From the NCBI GenBank assembly GCA_964426415.1, contig CAYRQM010000006.1, forward strand, positions 1 through 63,641: a stretch of 63,641 nt of DNA, written 5' to 3'. The DNA is from an uncultured Christensenella sp. Its GTDB lineage: Bacteria > Bacillota > Clostridia > Christensenellales > CAG-138. Of the stretch, positions 42,087 through 52,607 are shown piece by piece (position 1 is the first letter of the stretch; the number at the start of each line of letters is the position of its first letter). The position numbers and the translations under genes are program-made. The notes under the pieces were generated by a model. That model made no database searches. It was not told the origin of the DNA and saw only the letters and a program-made list of their open reading frames with translations.

Positions 42087-42208
42087 TTTCCAACATTCGA
42101 CAGACGGGACGCATGCGCCCGTTTTTTCGTGTCCCCGATTGGCTAAAAAGAGGATTTTTGACGGTTTTGGCGTATATATACGTTGAACTTTTTTTCGGGA
42201 GGCGCAGG

Positions 42209-43216
42209 ATGGAAGACGGCAGCATTCGCAAGATGCACGAGGAGTGGGAAGTCCAAATGCTTTCCCCGCTTGCCACGCTGGTCATCAACACGCGTGGGCG
42301 TGAGACGCCGTTGCCGCCCTGCCCGCTGCGCACCGATTTTGTCCGCGACCGCGACCGCATTCTGCATTGCAAGTCGTTTCGCCGCTTGAAGCACAAAACC
42401 CAAGTGTTTTTGGCGCCCAAGGGCGACCACTACCGCACACGGCTGACCCACACGCTGGAGGTCACCCAGATCGCCCGCACCATTTCACGCTCGCTGCGGC
42501 TCAACGAAGACCTCACCGAGGCGATTGCCATGGGGCACGATTTGGGGCATACGCCGTTTGGCCATGCGGGCGAATCCGTTCTGAACGATCTGGTTCCGGG
42601 TGGGTTTCGGCACGAGAAGCAAAGCCTGCGCGTGGTCGAAACGCTGGAATACGAGGGCAAGGGGCTGAACCTGACTTGGGAAGTGCGCGACGGCATCGTC
42701 AACCACACCAAAAGCGGTCATCCTGCCACCATCGAGGGCAAGGTGGTGTCGCTTGCCGATCGCATCGCCTACATCAACCACGACATCGACGACGCCATGC
42801 GTGCAGGCGTGCTGTCCGAGGAGGACTTGCCGCGTTCCTGCATCGAGCTGTTCGGGCCCACCCACAGCAACCGCATCAACAGCCTCATTCAAAACGTCGT
42901 GCAAAACAGCATGGACAGCGAGACCATCGCGTTCTCGCCCGATTACGCCGCCGAGTTTGAGCGTCTGCGGGCGTTCATGTTCGAACACGTCTACTACAAC
43001 CCAATCGCCAAAAGCGAGGAAAGCAAAGCGATGGGCGTGGTGCGGCAGCTTTACGAATACTACAACAAAAACCTGCATCTGCTGCCGCCCGAATACGAGC
43101 GCACCATCCAAAAGCACGGCGCAGAGCGTGCCGTTGCCGACTATATCGCGTGCATGACGGACAACTACGCAATCGCCGAATACGAGCGCATCTTCGTCCC
43201 CAAAAGCTGGAATTAA
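42209..43216 (+). CDS. dgt: Deoxyguanosinetriphosphate triphosphohydrolase-like HD protein
   Basis: RDRDRILH, FRRLKHKTQVF, RTRLTHTLEV, GHDLGHTPFGHAGE and ADRIAYINHDIDDA. Confidence 0.92.
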   Translation: MEDGSIRKMHEEWEVQMLSPLATLVINTRGRETPLPPCPLRTDFVRDRDRILHCKSFRRLKHKTQVFLAPKGDHYRTRLTHTLEVTQIARTISRSLRLNEDLTEAIAMGHDLGHTPFGHAGESVLNDLVPGGFRHEKQSLRVVETLEYEGKGLNLTWEVRDGIVNHTKSGHPATIEGKVVSLADRIAYINHDIDDAMRAGVLSEEDLPRSCIELFGPTHSNRINSLIQNVVQNSMDSETIAFSPDYAAEFERLRAFMFEHVYYNPIAKSEESKAMGVVRQLYEYYNKNLHLLPPEYERTIQKHGAERAVADYIACMTDNYAIAEYERIFVPKSWN

Positions 43217-43253
43217 GCACCGCGCAACATCATTTTTGGAAAGGAGCACACAT

Positions 43254-45011
43254 ATGGCGTTTCCCAATGCTTGGCTGGACGAGCTGATGGCAAAAAACGA
43301 CATTGTCTCGGTGGTATCGTCCTATGTGGAGCTCAAGCCCAAGGGCAGAAAGCTTTGGGGGCTTTGTCCGCTGCACGGCGAAAAGACGCCGTCGTTTTCC
43401 GTATCGCCGGACAAGCAGATGTTCTACTGCTTCGGCTGCCACGCGGGCGGCACGGTCATCCAATTCATCATGAGCATGGAACGGCTCACCTTCTATGAAG
43501 CGGTGCAGTCGCTTGCGGCACGGGCGAACATGGAGCTGCCCGACCAAGTGGACGACAAAGCCATGCAGCAGCAGCGCGCCTACAAGGAGCGCCTGTATGC
43601 GGCGAACAAGGCGGCGGCACGCTATTTCATGGAATGCTTCCTCGACCCCGACGTGGGCGCGCCCGCACGGACGTACGCCGCAAAACGCGGGCTCAGCAGC
43701 GAAATCGTCACGCGCTTTGGCGTCGGGTACGCGCCCGATTCTTGGGATTCGCTCAAGAACCACCTCGAAAAGCAGGGCTTTCTGCAAAACGAGCTGGTGG
43801 ACGCGGGGCTTTTGGTGCACAACACGGCACGCGACAGCGTCTACGACGCGTATCGCGGGCGGCTCATCTTCCCGATCCTTGGCACCAACGGCATGGTGCT
43901 GGGCTTTGGCGGTCGCGTCATGACGGACGAAAAGCCCAAATACATCAACACGGGCGACACGCCCATCTACAACAAGCGCAACAATCTGTACGGGCTGTAC
44001 CTGTACAAAACCGAAAAGATCAGCGACCTTGTCATGGTCGAGGGCTATATGGACGTGATCGGCCTGTACAAGGCGGGCGTGCGCAACGCTGTGGCAAGCC
44101 TTGGCACGGCGCTGACGATACAGCAGGCACGGCTGCTCAAACGGTTCGTCACCACGGTGTACATTGCATACGACGGCGACGCAGCGGGGCAAAATGCCAT
44201 GGTACGCGGGCTGGAGATTCTGCGCAGCGAAGGGTTAGAGGTGCGGGTCATTGTGTTCCCCGACGGGCTTGACCCCGACGAGTATGTGCAGGTGTACGGC
44301 AAGGACGGGTTCGACCGCCTCAAAGAAAACGCGCTTGCGCTCAACGCGTTCAAGCTGGAAACCATGGCAAACGGCGTCGACTTTTCCGACGTCAACGCAC
44401 GGGAACGATTCGCCAAATCGGCGTGCGCCTTTGTGGCAAGCCTGCAGCCCATCGAGCAGGAGCGCTACTACAAAACCATTGCGCAAAAGACGGGCTATGG
44501 CGTGGAAGCGCTGCAAGCGCAAGGTCTGCGCAGCGGCGGCGTCGCCTTTTCTGCTGGCGCGACGGTGGTACGCGGCGGGCTTCGACGGCGTGCCGACGAC
44601 AAGGAGGACGCCAGAACGGTGGCGGAACGCACGCTGCTGCTTGCCTGCCTGACCGATGCGGCGGCGTTGCGGTTAGCCGGGCAGCACCACGCCGAAACGC
44701 TGTTGCAGCAGGCGCCGTATCGCAGCTTGTTCTTGGCGATGCAGCGGGACGGAAGCCGTTTTTCGCTGCCGCAGTATGCAAGCGAGCTGTCCCAGGAGGA
44801 GGCGGAGACCATCTCGGCGATCCTTCGGGAGGAGGGCGCCATCAAGAACGCCGTCAAGTCGGCAGAGGATTGCTTGAAGACCTTGGAGCAAACCGACGCG
44901 GCAGCCGAAATTGAATCGCTGCAGGCGCAGCTTTTGCGCCCCGACCTTTCGGCAGACGAGAAAAAAGCATTGGCAAAAGAGATCACACAACGCATTCGGG
45001 CAAATAAATAA
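43254..45011 (+). CDS. dnaG: DNA primase
   Basis: [15 protein letters not shown] zinc finger, [23 protein letters not shown] and DPDE. Confidence 0.96.
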   Translation: MAFPNAWLDELMAKNDIVSVVSSYVELKPKGRKLWGLCPLHGEKTPSFSVSPDKQMFYCFGCHAGGTVIQFIMSMERLTFYEAVQSLAARANMELPDQVDDKAMQQQRAYKERLYAANKAAARYFMECFLDPDVGAPARTYAAKRGLSSEIVTRFGVGYAPDSWDSLKNHLEKQGFLQNELVDAGLLVHNTARDSVYDAYRGRLIFPILGTNGMVLGFGGRVMTDEKPKYINTGDTPIYNKRNNLYGLYLYKTEKISDLVMVEGYMDVIGLYKAGVRNAVASLGTALTIQQARLLKRFVTTVYIAYDGDAAGQNAMVRGLEILRSEGLEVRVIVFPDGLDPDEYVQVYGKDGFDRLKENALALNAFKLETMANGVDFSDVNARERFAKSACAFVASLQPIEQERYYKTIAQKTGYGVEALQAQGLRSGGVAFSAGATVVRGGLRRRADDKEDARTVAERTLLLACLTDAAALRLAGQHHAETLLQQAPYRSLFLAMQRDGSRFSLPQYASELSQEEAETISAILREEGAIKNAVKSAEDCLKTLEQTDAAAEIESLQAQLLRPDLSADEKKALAKEITQRIRANK

Positions 45012-45024
45012 GGAGACGGGAATC

Positions 45025-46296
45025 ATGGCATCAAAGAAAGTTAAATTGACCACACCGATCGAACCGACCGAGGAGACGCCGTTGGATATGACGGAAGAAG
45101 CCGCTGCGGATGCGGCGGCGGACATGGCGGCGGACATGGCGGACGACCTGCCGGAAGACACGGAGGCGCTTGCCGACTCCATCGAAACGGCGGAAGCAAG
45201 CGAAGCGCCTGTAGAGGGCAAACCGAGCAAGACGCCTGCCGCCAAGATTCAAGAGCTGTTGGACAGCGGCAAGCAAAAGGGCATCCTCACCTACAGCGAG
45301 GTCATGGACGCCTTGAGCGAGCTGGAGCTGGATCAGGACGCCATCGAAAAGGTGTACAGCGACTTGGAAGAGCTGAACATCGACGTGGTGGAGGAGGTCG
45401 AAGTACCCGAGGACATCGACGAGGAGATTGCCCAAATCGAGACGGTCTTGGCGTCGTCCGAGGGCATCAACATCGACGATCCGGTTCGTATGTACCTCAA
45501 AGAAATCGGCAAGGTGCCGCTTTTGACCGCGCAGGAGGAAGTCGAAATTGCGCAGCGCATGGCGGACGGCGACTTGGACGCCAAGCATCAGCTTGCGGAG
45601 GCAAACCTGCGCCTTGTGGTGTCCATCGCCAAAAGATACGTCGGACGCGGCATGCTGTTTTTGGACTTGATTCAAGAGGGCAATTTGGGGCTCATCAAGG
45701 CGGTCGAAAAATTCGACTACCGCAAGGGCTACAAGTTTTCCACCTATGCGACGTGGTGGATTCGCCAAGCGATCACCCGCGCCATCGCAGACCAAGCCCG
45801 CACCATCCGTATTCCCGTGCACATGGTAGAGACCATCAACAAGCTCATCCGCGTCAATCGGCAGCTGGTGCAGGAATACGGCCGTGACCCGCGCCCCGAC
45901 GAGATCGCCAAGGAAATGGGCATCTCCGAGGACAAAGTCCGCGAGATCATCAAGATCGCCCAAGAGCCGGTTTCGTTGGAAACCCCCATCGGCGAGGAGG
46001 ACGACTCGCATCTGGGCGATTTCATCCCCGACGACGACGCGCCCGCACCCGCCGACGCCGTGGCAGTGGCGCTCCTAAAGGAACAGCTTGTCGAGGTGCT
46101 CAACACGCTGACCCCGCGGGAAGCCAAGGTTCTGCGCCTGCGCTACGGCTTGGACGACGGCAAGGCACGCACGCTGGAGGAAGTGGGCAAGGAGTTCAAC
46201 GTCACCCGCGAGCGCATCCGCCAAATCGAGGCAAAGGCGCTGCGCAAGCTCCGCCATCCCTCCCGCAGCAAAAAGCTCAAAGACTTTTTGGAATAA
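45025..46296 (+). CDS. rpoD: RNA polymerase primary sigma factor SigA/RpoD
   Basis: [39 protein letters not shown] and [20 protein letters not shown] aaggag. Confidence 0.97.
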   Translation: MASKKVKLTTPIEPTEETPLDMTEEAAADAAADMAADMADDLPEDTEALADSIETAEASEAPVEGKPSKTPAAKIQELLDSGKQKGILTYSEVMDALSELELDQDAIEKVYSDLEELNIDVVEEVEVPEDIDEEIAQIETVLASSEGINIDDPVRMYLKEIGKVPLLTAQEEVEIAQRMADGDLDAKHQLAEANLRLVVSIAKRYVGRGMLFLDLIQEGNLGLIKAVEKFDYRKGYKFSTYATWWIRQAITRAIADQARTIRIPVHMVETINKLIRVNRQLVQEYGRDPRPDEIAKEMGISEDKVREIIKIAQEPVSLETPIGEEDDSHLGDFIPDDDAPAPADAVAVALLKEQLVEVLNTLTPREAKVLRLRYGLDDGKARTLEEVGKEFNVTRERIRQIEAKALRKLRHPSRSKKLKDFLE

Positions 46297-46300
46297 GCAT

Positions 46301-46335
46301 AAAAGCGCCTCCGGTCGTCGGGGGCGCTCTTTTCT
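46301..46335 (+). terminator. Intrinsic terminator after rpoD
   Basis: agcgcctccg-gtcgt-cgggggcgct followed by ctttt. Confidence 0.65.
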
Positions 46336-46381
46336 CGTCGGCGTACACGTTTTCACCCTGCGCGGAAGCGAGGACTGACAG

Positions 46382-46636
46382 ACGAGAATGAAGAAATGAA
46401 GGAATGAAGAAATTTTGATAATGGCGGCTCTGCCGCCATTTTGATTGTCATGGCGTACACAAAAACGAAAATGCACCCTGCGTGGTCATTCTGTAGGGGC
46501 GGATATGATCCGCCCGCCGTGTTCCGCTTACACGCGAGATCCTTCGGCTTTGCCTCAGGATGACATATTGGCGTTGTTACATTGCATTCCCCCAAATCGT
46601 GTACGCGGGTGTTCCCGCAAAAGGGTGGCAGCGCCT
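46382..46636 (-). repeat. Composite repeat: AATGAAG micro-repeat/hairpin module C (46382-46442), GTAG-type REP (46493-46516) and partial module B in reverse orientation
   Basis: acgagaatgaag..ggaatgaagaaattttg..aatggcggc..gccgccattt is the reverse complement of 61797-61849; gtaggggcggatatgatccgccc; gagatccttcggctttgcctcaggatgaca; cgtgtacgcgggtgttcccgcaaaagg. Confidence 0.85.
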
Positions 46637-48164
46637 ACCCGTTTTTCGCCGCTTGGAACGTGTCCAAGATGGACTGGGACGGCTTCTTGGTGCAAAGCGA
46701 CACAATCACAATGACCAAGGAGGACAGGATGAACGCGGGCAGCAGCTCGTACACGTTCAAGAACGAGACGTTGGGCGCGACCAGATATTTCCAAACGAAG
46801 ATCGTGACGCCGCCCGTAATCAGACCCGCGATGGCGGCGGGCAGCGTCGTCCGCTTCCAGAACAGGGAGAACAGCATCAGCGGGCCGAACGTCGCGCCAA
46901 AGCCTGCCCATGCAAAGGACACCACCTTGAACACCGAATTGTTCGGGTTCCACGCCAGCGCCACGCCCACGATGGACACCAAGATCACGGTGCCGCGGGC
47001 GATCCACACGCTTGCCTTTTCCCCAATCTTCAGCCTGCAGGTACCGCGCAGCAGGTCTTCCGACACCGCCGACGCCGCCGTCAAAAGCTGCGAATCGGAG
47101 GTGGACATGGTCGCCGCCATCACGCCCGCCAAAATGACGCCCGCAAGCAGCGCCAACAGCACGCCGTTGTTGCTGATGAGCTTTGCCATGTCCACGATGA
47201 CGGTTTCGGATTCCGCCGTGCTCGCATATTGGGGCAAAATCCCCATCTGCATCAGACGATTGCCCACGACGCCAATGAAGATCGCCGCCGCCATGGAAAT
47301 GACGACCCAGCTTGTGGCGATGCGGCGCGAGGTTTTGATTTGCCGTCCGTCCTTGATCGCCATGAAGCGCAGCAGCACATGGGGCATGCCAAAGTAGCCC
47401 AGTCCCCAAGCCAGCGTGGTGACGATGGACAGCGCGCCAAAGCTGCCGCTGCCCTGTCCCGCGACGCCCGTCAGGTCGAAAAAGTTGGGGATCGCCTTTG
47501 CATTTTCGAATACGGCGCCAAACCCACCCGCGCTTGCGACGCCGAATCCAATGACCGCCAGCAGCGACACGGTCATGACAATCGTCTGGACAAGATCCGT
47601 CACACTTGCCGCCAAGAAGCCGCCGATCACCGTGTACAGAATGATGACCGCTGCCGCGATCCCCATCGCCAAATGATAATCCATGCCGAACAGCGTGGAA
47701 AAGAGCTTGCCGCAGGTCATAAAGCCGGACGCCGTGTACGGCACGAAGAAAATGATGATGATGCCCGCCGCGACCGTTTTGAGGATGTTGCGCTTGTCCG
47801 CAAACCGATTGGAGAAAAACTGCGGAATCGTGATGGCGTCGCCTGCCGCCTGCGAATAGCGGCGCAGCCGCTTTGCCACAAACAGCCAATTCAGATAGGT
47901 GCCGATGGCAAGCCCGATGGCAGTCCAAGACGCCTCTGCAACGCCGCACAGCAGCGCAAGCCCCGGCAGCCCCATCAAAAGCCAGCCCGACATATCGCTT
48001 GCTTCCGCGCTCATCGCCGTCACCAACGGCCCCAGCGAGCGCCCGCCGAGATAGTACGACGACGCGCCCTTTCCCGAACGCTTGGCAAAGAAGAACCCAA
48101 TGCCCAACATCGCAATCAAGTACACCACGATGGAGACAAGAATTTGTACCACATTTGCTTTCAT
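46635..48164 (-). CDS. putP: Sodium/proline symporter (SSS family)
   Basis: YYLGGRSLGP, AMSAEASDMSGWLLMGLPG, WGLGYFGMPHVLLRFMA, MSTSDSQLL and AWAGFGATFGP. Confidence 0.92.
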   Translation of the reverse strand: MKANVVQILVSIVVYLIAMLGIGFFFAKRSGKGASSYYLGGRSLGPLVTAMSAEASDMSGWLLMGLPGLALLCGVAEASWTAIGLAIGTYLNWLFVAKRLRRYSQAAGDAITIPQFFSNRFADKRNILKTVAAGIIIIFFVPYTASGFMTCGKLFSTLFGMDYHLAMGIAAAVIILYTVIGGFLAASVTDLVQTIVMTVSLLAVIGFGVASAGGFGAVFENAKAIPNFFDLTGVAGQGSGSFGALSIVTTLAWGLGYFGMPHVLLRFMAIKDGRQIKTSRRIATSWVVISMAAAIFIGVVGNRLMQMGILPQYASTAESETVIVDMAKLISNNGVLLALLAGVILAGVMAATMSTSDSQLLTAASAVSEDLLRGTCRLKIGEKASVWIARGTVILVSIVGVALAWNPNNSVFKVVSFAWAGFGATFGPLMLFSLFWKRTTLPAAIAGLITGGVTIFVWKYLVAPNVSFLNVYELLPAFILSSLVIVIVSLCTKKPSQSILDTFQAAKNG

Positions 48165-48181
48165 ACGTTTCCCCTTCTATA

Positions 48182-48365
48182 CATGAACAAACTGCATGTT
48201 CATTTCCGAATCCAAATTCGAATGTTGTCATTTTACGCCGCATCGCCACGGAAGGCAAGGCGCAAACGGGGCAAAAAGTGCAGAATTATCTTGATTTTCT
48301 CACATTTTGCTGCTATGATAGGAAGGAAACTTGTGCAAACGAAATTTGCATGAAATTTGCTCATG
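48182..48365. promoter_or_regulatory. putP/LysR divergent control region with two T-N11-A palindromic boxes and a sigmaA promoter
   Basis: CATGAacaaactGCATG (48182-48198), CATGAaatttgcTCATG (48349-48365) and TTGATT-17 bp-TATGAT (48291-48319). Confidence 0.6.
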
Positions 48366-48376
48366 GAAGATTGGAT

Positions 48377-49258
48377 ATGAACAGTGCAAAATATGAAGCA
48401 TTTGTGCGCGTAGTCGAGACGGGAAGCGTGACACGCGCCGCCGAATCCCTTTCGATGACCCAATCGGGGGTCAGCCATCTGTTGGCGTCGCTGGAGGAGG
48501 AGCTGGGGTTTGCGGTGCTCGTCCGCAGCCGTGCGGGCGTGCGCCTGACGGAAAACGGTGCGCAGGTGCTTCCGGTGGTGCGCGAAATCCTCAATGAGGA
48601 GGAGCGGCTGCGGCAGATGGTATCGTCCATCCACGGCCTAGACAGCGGGACGGTGCGCATCGGCACGTTCACCTCCGTGGCGGTGCATTGGCTGCCCGCC
48701 ATCATCAAATCGTTTCAAAAGGCGCATCCCAACATCGAATTCAAGCTGCTCAACGGCGACTACCACGACGTCGAGCAATGGCTGGAGGAGGGCGCGGTGG
48801 ATTTGGGGTTCGTGACGCTGCCCAGCCGCACGCGCTGCGCCTGCACGCCGCTGATGGAGGACAAGCTGCTTGCCATTTTGCCCAAGGGACATCCCTATGC
48901 CGACTTACCGCGCTTTCCCATCGGGCTTGCCAAGCAGGAGCCGTTCATCTCACTGCTGGAAAGCTCCGACCACGATGCGCGGCGCGCATTGGATGCGGAG
49001 GGCGTGCGCCCCAACATCAAGTTCACCACGAAGGACGATTACGCCATCATCGCCATGGTGGAAAACGGACTTGGCATTTCGATCATGCCCGCGCTGCTTT
49101 TGGAAGGCCGCACCGACAACGTCTGCGCGCTGGAGCTTGCGCCCCAAGCCAAACGCACCATCGCGTTGGCGGTGACGCCCACGGGCGCGCAAAGCCCCTC
49201 CACCCGCATCTTTGCCAACTATGTCGAAGCGTGGGTAAAGGCGCAAAAAGAAGCGTGA
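48377..49258 (+). CDS. LysR family transcriptional regulator
   Basis: ETGSVTRAAESLSMTQSGVSH..LEEELG HTH, GTVRIG, VDLGF and MVENGLGISIMP. Confidence 0.94.
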   Translation: MNSAKYEAFVRVVETGSVTRAAESLSMTQSGVSHLLASLEEELGFAVLVRSRAGVRLTENGAQVLPVVREILNEEERLRQMVSSIHGLDSGTVRIGTFTSVAVHWLPAIIKSFQKAHPNIEFKLLNGDYHDVEQWLEEGAVDLGFVTLPSRTRCACTPLMEDKLLAILPKGHPYADLPRFPIGLAKQEPFISLLESSDHDARRALDAEGVRPNIKFTTKDDYAIIAMVENGLGISIMPALLLEGRTDNVCALELAPQAKRTIALAVTPTGAQSPSTRIFANYVEAWVKAQKEA

Positions 49259-49270
49259 CGCGCAAAACGG

Positions 49271-49474
49271 TCAGTGCTTTTGTTCCAATTTGGTTTTGTT
49301 GCCGTGGGCGTCCACGACATAGGTGTTGTCTAAATGCTGCCGCAGACTTGCCTTGACGTCGTCCACATAGGCACGGCGCAGGGTTTCCCGCTCCTGCGTT
49401 TCGGTTTCGTTCAGCCCTTCGGCTTTGGCTTTTCGTGCCAGCTCGTTGATGCGATCAATGTGTTCCTGTTTCAT
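49271..49474 (-). CDS. DUF896 (YnzC-like) small protein
   Basis: IDRINELARKAK..GL..E..ER..LRRAY..VVDAHGN; SD aaggagg. Confidence 0.9.
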   Translation of the reverse strand: MKQEHIDRINELARKAKAEGLNETETQERETLRRAYVDDVKASLRQHLDNTYVVDAHGNKTKLEQKH

Positions 49475-49576
49475 TTCGTGCCTCCTTCACCTGTTCATTC
49501 TATCCATTTTGGGCGATTTTGTAAAGCAAAGATGCAAAAAAGGTGTAAACGATAGATGAAATTTGACATTGTTTGG

Positions 49577-49605
49577 TTGACAGGGCAGGGCGAAGCGATT
49601 ATTCT
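49577..49605 (+). promoter_or_regulatory. sigmaA promoter immediately before the NlpC/P60 gene
   Basis: TTGACA-17 bp-TATTCT; predicted +1 coincides with ATG 49612. Confidence 0.65.
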
Positions 49606-49611
49606 ATGATT

Positions 49612-51366
49612 ATGAAATTTTTGTGTACGGTTCTGCTCTTGACGGTTTTTTTGCTTGGATGTGCGCCAATCGATCCCGCACCGTTGGCGCAGCAGGCAAA
49701 CGCGCCCATTTCGGAGCCGCCCGTTTCTCAAACGGCAGACGCCTCCCAAACGGCTGCCGTCCCTTCGCCCACCGCGACGCCGCTTGCCACGCCGACGCCG
49801 TTCGATGCGCGTAAAGAGACGTTGGGCTTTGAGAACAATTCCTATACCTTGGTGCAGACGGTGGGGCATGGCGTGACGCTGTTTGCAGCGCCCGACAGAA
49901 GCGGCGGCTATTCCCGTCCGCTGCACGAAGAAGCGCAGGGCGTACAGGTGGATTGGCTCGTATCGGAGACGATCCGCACGAATAACGACACCTTCCTGCA
50001 CGTCAGCGCCATCGGCAGCACAATCGAGGGCTACCTGCGCAAGGGTGATACGCAGGAGGCGGACGTCGTGCTTTATTCACGCCCCACCTACGCGTTGCTG
50101 GCGCGGCCGTACTGCCTGATCTATGCCCACGCATCCGTCAACAAAACCGCCATCGTTGCCCGCGAAGGGTTTCATCTTGCACGGGTGGTGGCAGAGCGGG
50201 ACGGCTTTTGCATCGTGCTGACCGAAGACGGCGCGTCGGGCTATGTGCAAAGCACGCAGCTGCAATTTTTGACGACGGCGGAAGCCGAATCGTTCTTGCT
50301 GCAAACGCTGCCCGATACGGAATCGACCCCAAAATCGTTTCGCCTGCCCGAATTTGCAGACGACGCCGAAGCGTGCGTCGGCACAAAGGCGAAGAATTCC
50401 GAAACGTTTCTTTATACGCAGCTTGCGGCAAGCGGGCTGCAGTTTTCGGTGGGGTATTACGCGCTTTACCAAAAGCCGCTGTTTGATCGGCTGCTGTACG
50501 TCAACGGGCTTTACTTGGACGACGTGTACAATTCGCTGCTGTTCAAGCTGTGGAACAGTGCGGGCGATCAAGTGACCGCAAACGGACAGGAAACGGAATG
50601 GGCATATATTGCCGATTATGACGCGCTGCAGCGCGGCGATCTGGTCTTCTTCTCGGCTTATGGCGCAAACGACGTCGCGTGCATCGAGGGGGCAGAGGTC
50701 ATTTGCCGCGGGCAGCATTCCGGCTATGTGACCGATTGCGGCTTGTATCTGGGCAACGATCGCTTGCTTTGGGTCGAGAACGGCGTCGTCACCATCGTGG
50801 AGCATTTGCGGCAGTCGTCGCTTTATGATGCATTCGACTGTGCGCGGCGCATTTCGCCCACCGTGACGGACGCGTGCGCCCACCTGCGCGAGGTCATGCT
50901 TTCATTGGTGTACGATCGGCTCGGCACACCCTATGACCGCATCAACCGTGTCAACGATGTGAGCTTCGACTGCTCCGGCATCATCTGCTGGACGCTGCGC
51001 TGCCTTGATTTGACCGGCTCGGCGACGAATCCGCTGCCGACGGAGACCGTTGCGTCCGGCCTTTGCAGCACCACCTTCTTCCAAAACGATACCTGCATGG
51101 TCACCCTGACGCCCTTGAGCGAGAGTATCCGCAACCAAGACGAAATTGCCCGCTTGCAGCGCGGCGATTTGGTGTTTTTGACGGATGAAAAAAAGCAGCG
51201 CGTGGGGCATGTGATGCTCTACTTGGGCGACGGCTGCGTGATTCATTCCACACAAATCGACGACACATACCGCGGCACGCTGGTGGCACGGTTCCGCCCC
51301 GCACTGCAGGAGCTGTACTTCCGCACGCTGCGCATCACGGCGGTCACAGAAAGGGATGGCGCATGA
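49612..51366 (+). CDS. Lipoprotein with SH3-like region and two NlpC/P60-like domains
   Basis: Lipobox LLGC; Pro/Thr linker; LQRGDLVF twice; the second domain has LGTPY, FDCSG and GHVMLYLG..IHS. Confidence 0.8.
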   Translation: MKFLCTVLLLTVFLLGCAPIDPAPLAQQANAPISEPPVSQTADASQTAAVPSPTATPLATPTPFDARKETLGFENNSYTLVQTVGHGVTLFAAPDRSGGYSRPLHEEAQGVQVDWLVSETIRTNNDTFLHVSAIGSTIEGYLRKGDTQEADVVLYSRPTYALLARPYCLIYAHASVNKTAIVAREGFHLARVVAERDGFCIVLTEDGASGYVQSTQLQFLTTAEAESFLLQTLPDTESTPKSFRLPEFADDAEACVGTKAKNSETFLYTQLAASGLQFSVGYYALYQKPLFDRLLYVNGLYLDDVYNSLLFKLWNSAGDQVTANGQETEWAYIADYDALQRGDLVFFSAYGANDVACIEGAEVICRGQHSGYVTDCGLYLGNDRLLWVENGVVTIVEHLRQSSLYDAFDCARRISPTVTDACAHLREVMLSLVYDRLGTPYDRINRVNDVSFDCSGIICWTLRCLDLTGSATNPLPTETVASGLCSTTFFQNDTCMVTLTPLSESIRNQDEIARLQRGDLVFLTDEKKQRVGHVMLYLGDGCVIHSTQIDDTYRGTLVARFRPALQELYFRTLRITAVTERDGA

Positions 51367-52595
51367 AACGACTTTTCAGCTTGGTACTCGTTGCCCTGCT
51401 GCTGTTGCCACCGGCGGCGATGGCAGTTGAGGTCGAGGAAAATCGGCTGTACGGCGACGCCAACGGCGATTTGGTGGTCACGTCGCTGGACGCGACGGTG
51501 GTGATGCGCCACTGCGTGGGGCTTTCCGGCATCACGGACGCAGAGTGCCTTTTGAACGCGGACTGCACCGTGGACGGCGCCGTGACGGCGGAGGACGCCG
51601 CACGCATCTTGCGCTATACGGTGGCGTTGGACGTCATGCCCAACCAAACGCCGCGTCCCACCGCAGTGCCGACGGATACGCCGACGCCCACCGAAGCGCC
51701 GACGGACACGCCGACGCCCACGGAAACGCCCACGCCGACGCCGCCTCCCTTGGTGGGCAAGACGATCTTCTTGGACGCGGGACACGGTTTGAACCCCGTC
51801 ACGGGCAGCGCCTTGGGCGGCAGATGGACGCGTGCCGATGGAACGATTTATTATGAAGCGTTCTATGTGCTGCAGATTGCGCGCAAGACAAAAACGGCTT
51901 TAGAGGCGCAGGGCGCAACGGTTCTGTTGACGCGCAGCGACGAGGACATGGTGGGCAACTATGTGCGGATGGCGCTGGTGCACCAGTTCTGCTTGGCAAG
52001 GCTCAAAAGCCAAACCGCAGAACCTACGCTGCTGGCGTTTTACGACACGATGGACGCGGTGATGGAGCGGGTCAAGACAGAGTACGTTCCCGCATCCAAC
52101 TATGACGGCGCAACGGCGGTGGCGTACTTCGATACGCCGTATGACAGCGGACAAACCACCGCAATTCATCCCGATTTGGCGACGCTGTTTGCGGCGGAAA
52201 GCGGCGCGCTGTTCGACGACGTGCTGTACATTTCCATCCACACCAACGCACCGGGCGGCACCGACACGTCGCGGCGCGGCATGGTGGTGTACTGCATGAA
52301 CAACACGGTCAACAGCACCTATTACACGCAGTATCGCGTGGAGGACAACACACGGCTGGGCACGGCGCTGCTCAATGCGGTCACGGAAGCGTCGGGCATT
52401 CCGAAAAACAGCAGCACCGTCAAGTACAACGACTATTTCATGGTGCGCGAGCACAACCTCACGGCGGCGCTCTTGGAGCTGGGCTATCACACCAACGACG
52501 CAGATCGCGCGATTCTCGAAAGCGAAGCAGGGCAAGCTGCCATCGCGCTGGGAATCACCAACGGCGTTCTGCAATATTTTACTTCACAAGATTGA
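51363..52595 (+). CDS. Secreted N-acetylmuramoyl-L-alanine amidase (Amidase_3) with N-terminal dockerin and Pro/Thr linker
   Basis: Signal peptide; YGDANGD..VTSLDA / ADCTVDGAVTAEDA..ILR; IFLDAGHG, YE, VLLTR, ISIHTNA and LLELGY. Confidence 0.88.
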   Translation: MKRLFSLVLVALLLLPPAAMAVEVEENRLYGDANGDLVVTSLDATVVMRHCVGLSGITDAECLLNADCTVDGAVTAEDAARILRYTVALDVMPNQTPRPTAVPTDTPTPTEAPTDTPTPTETPTPTPPPLVGKTIFLDAGHGLNPVTGSALGGRWTRADGTIYYEAFYVLQIARKTKTALEAQGATVLLTRSDEDMVGNYVRMALVHQFCLARLKSQTAEPTLLAFYDTMDAVMERVKTEYVPASNYDGATAVAYFDTPYDSGQTTAIHPDLATLFAAESGALFDDVLYISIHTNAPGGTDTSRRGMVVYCMNNTVNSTYYTQYRVEDNTRLGTALLNAVTEASGIPKNSSTVKYNDYFMVREHNLTAALLELGYHTNDADRAILESEAGQAAIALGITNGVLQYFTSQD

Positions 52596-52607
52596 GAGGT
52601 TTCACCA

